This document shows, piece by piece, positions 61,909 through 64,000 of a stretch of 64,000 nucleotides of DNA. The notes under the pieces were generated by a model. It searched no databases and had not been told where the DNA came from. It saw only the letters and a list, made by a program, of their open reading frames with translations. Source of the DNA: Nemertoderma westbladi (taxonomy: Eukaryota > Animalia > Xenacoelomorpha). Where the stretch lies: contig JAUCBJ010002610.1 of NCBI GenBank assembly GCA_032718475.1, positions 15,782 to 79,781 of the forward strand, in the 5' to 3' direction. The first letter of the stretch is position 1. Every line of letters starts with the position of its first letter. The position numbers and the translations under genes were made by a program.

Positions 61909-64000
61909 TTACATAGAAGGTATAACTTTATTAAGAGTTGGGTGGATCATATTAATGTAACAGGACTCTGCATGAACTCGTCGCTGGTGGTTGCGGAACT
62001 GTTTAAAGCAGGTTACGGTCAGTTGGTCTATTTCACAGTTAGTGAAATGTTGTAGGAGAAGGATTTCGGGGCTAGTTGGGTCGCAGCCTTTACGGGCTTC
62101 CCTAATACTATGTCTGTGCTTATTAAGCCGGTCGTGGAGGAATTGTTCCGTCTGGCCGATGTAGAAATCACTCGGATGAGTTCTACAGGAGATAATGTAG
62201 AGCACATTGTGGGATTTGCAGTTAAAGCGGCCGTGAATGGATTCATTCCAGTGTGTTTTACGAAGGTTTGTAATGGCTAGACAACATAAGCAACGGGGAG
62301 CGCGACATTGGTGATTACCTACCGGGATAAGTGGGTCTAGTTTACGTATAAGCATTTGTCCAAGGTTTGGGAGGTTGCGTGGGACGGGTTTAATGGCAAT
62401 ACCTATGTTACTAAGGTGGTTTTGATGCCGGGCGATGGTTTTGGACATAGATGTTAAAAAATAAGGAGTTGTGGGTATGTAGATGGGGGGAGGGTGAGTA
62501 TGCTGTATAGTGGTGTAGGTGGCGGGTAACTGTTTGGCTGGTTTCCATAGATACATTGATAGTAAGAAGTTTAGTGGGTATCCTCTAAGTTTGCATAGTT
62601 CCAAGTAATTATGGCGGGTGACATTAAAAAGGTTATCTGAGTCAGTAAGTCTGCGGTAACGGAGGATTTCAGCTTTAACAACTGCGAGTAGGGTGGGTTT
62701 ATGGTGAAAACTAGCGTATAGGATGGGTAATTTATTGGACATGGGCTTCTTATATAGGTGGGTAAGTAATTTGTCATCCTGGCGGTATATTGTGAGGTCA
62801 AGGTAGTTTAAGGTGGAGTAGGAGTGTTCTATGGTGAATTGTATTGAGTTCGTATTATATAGTTCGAGGCAGGCTTGGTTGAGTGACGTTTTCAAACCAC
62901 TTAACTCATTGGTGTTGAGTTCCCTATCGAATTCAACAATGCTATCGTCAACGAGTGTTTTAAAATACTGGGCTGAGTAAAGGGTGGTATTTAGGGCTCG
63001 CTTGAGGACTCTGCATGAGGCTATAACGGCATAATCACCGCTATGTGAGCCTCCCATGGGCGCACCAGAGATTTGGAGGTAAAATTTGTCACTATACCTA
63101 AAAAAGTTATGGTAAAGTAGAAACCTTAGTATAAGACATAACTGATATGGCGTGAAAATAGACCGGTGTGGCAGGGATGGGTCTTCGGTAAGTGTTTGCA
63201 TAGTGGCTTGTAACCCGAGCTCGTGTGGAATACTAGTAAACATATCGACTACATCTACTGCGATGAGAGTACATGATGAGTTATTGAGGTGGGTAGGCAT
63301 TGTGTGTTTTAAATGTAATGAACTACAAAGATAATTGGACGAGTTAGTGACTAGAGGGTGTAAGTAGAAATGCATCAATTTAGAAAGTGGTGAGAAAAAG
63401 GCGTCAGTATTGGATATAATTGGTCGGCCTTTAGGGATTAGTTTACCGTTTGGGTGTTGGATCCATTCCTCTTTGGGTTTGTGATCTTTGAGGGAGATAA
63501 AAATGTGGCCTGTGGTAAAAGTATTGGGAAATAGGTGCGTTTGGAGTTCGGGGTTGCGTAACGACAGTTCACGTAGGAGGGCTCGACATTTGACACGGAA
63601 GCGGGCGGTTGGATCTTTAGTTAGTTGTTCGTAGGTTGTAGTGTCGCTGAGGATCCTTAGGATTTCAAAGTGTTTATCGGCGGTATCTAGTAGAATAATG
63701 TTACCGGTTTTATCTCCTTTGAGGAAGGAGACATCTTTAATTTTCTTAAGAGATTGGAGAGCAGTGAGTTGAGATTTATTTAAGTTAGGGGGGTGTTGGT
63801 TGTTGTATCGCTGTAGATTAATTGAGTTGGTTGTTTTGTGTAGGTCGTGTATAAGTGATTCTATGCCAGGGTCATCGGCGCGGGGGGCGACGTATCTTGC
63901 GTGGCGGTAGAATGGGGGGTCGGGTGGTTCCGGGTCGATATTGGGTTGTTCGGTAATCGTATTTAGCTTCGTCACTCGTGGTAGGGTGCGCGTTGTCGGT
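61909..64000 (-). CDS. Second copy of the Penelope-like RT/GIY-YIG ORF (5' part outside the window)
   Basis: Translation matches the C-terminal ~690 aa of ORF 57973-61164. Confidence 0.93.
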   Translation of the reverse strand, partial: PTTRTLPRVTKLNTITEQPNIDPEPPDPPFYRHARYVAPRADDPGIESLIHDLHKTTNSINLQRYNNQHPPNLNKSQLTALQSLKKIKDVSFLKGDKTGNIILLDTADKHFEILRILSDTTTYEQLTKDPTARFRVKCRALLRELSLRNPELQTHLFPNTFTTGHIFISLKDHKPKEEWIQHPNGKLIPKGRPIISNTDAFFSPLSKLMHFYLHPLVTNSSNYLCSSLHLKHTMPTHLNNSSCTLIAVDVVDMFTSIPHELGLQATMQTLTEDPSLPHRSIFTPYQLCLILRFLLYHNFFRYSDKFYLQISGAPMGGSHSGDYAVIASCRVLKRALNTTLYSAQYFKTLVDDSIVEFDRELNTNELSGLKTSLNQACLELYNTNSIQFTIEHSYSTLNYLDLTIYRQDDKLLTHLYKKPMSNKLPILYASFHHKPTLLAVVKAEILRYRRLTDSDNLFNVTRHNYLELCKLRGYPLNFLLSMYLWKPAKQLPATYTTIQHTHPPPIYIPTTPYFLTSMSKTIARHQNHLSNIGIAIKPVPRNLPNLGQMLIRKLDPLIPVGNHQCRAPRCLCCLAITNLRKTHWNESIHGRFNCKSHNVLYIISCRTHPSDFYIGQTEQFLHDRLNKHRHSIREARKGCDPTSPEILLLQHFTNCEIDQLTVTCFKQFRNHQRRVHAESCYINMIHPTLNKVIPSM

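Larger units (their letters stand above)
57177..64000 (-). mobile_element. Tandem Penelope-like element (Neptune type), 3936-bp unit, continues beyond the window
   Basis: 57177-57972 recurs at 61113-61908 (pLTR plus 52-nt ORF-start tail); the ORF is repeated at offset 3936 with apparently identical sequence. Confidence 0.95.

Noticed and set aside
57177-64000. Tandem Penelope copies as an assembly artefact
   Set aside because: Head-to-tail arrays ending in a pLTR plus a short ORF-start tail are the expected structure for this class, though long reads would be needed to fully exclude an artefact.

Overview
Repeat-rich animal (invertebrate-like) nuclear DNA with two host genes. (1) An FBXO41 orthologue on the + strand, with its CDS in a single exon (4172-6637). 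(2) The first three coding exons of a GGT7-like gamma-glutamyltransferase on the - strand (40144-40111, 36825-36629, 35905-35754); no fourth exon was found, so FBXO41 probably lies antisense inside a GGT intron of >35 kb. That intron opens with a ~15.9 kb array of ~390 copies of a 41-bp unit derived from the exon-3/intron splice junction itself; each unit reads GTGAGT-TACTAAC-...-TAG plus a 12-nt exon-like piece. The right third is a decayed BEL/Pao LTR retrotransposon with an extra ~1340-aa ORF (DEDDy 3'-5' exonuclease plus CCHC zinc knuckles). That ORF is split by a Helentron-type non-autonomous element carrying 7 regularly spaced CTCF-like motifs, and gag is interrupted by a tandem Neptune-type Penelope-like element with hammerhead ribozymes. 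Also present: a Sola-type DNA transposon with a decapeptide repeat, CRE-clade and L2/CR1-group LINE fragments, several MITEs, a foldback element and a 49-bp satellite. All calls are by eye from motifs; no database searches were run.
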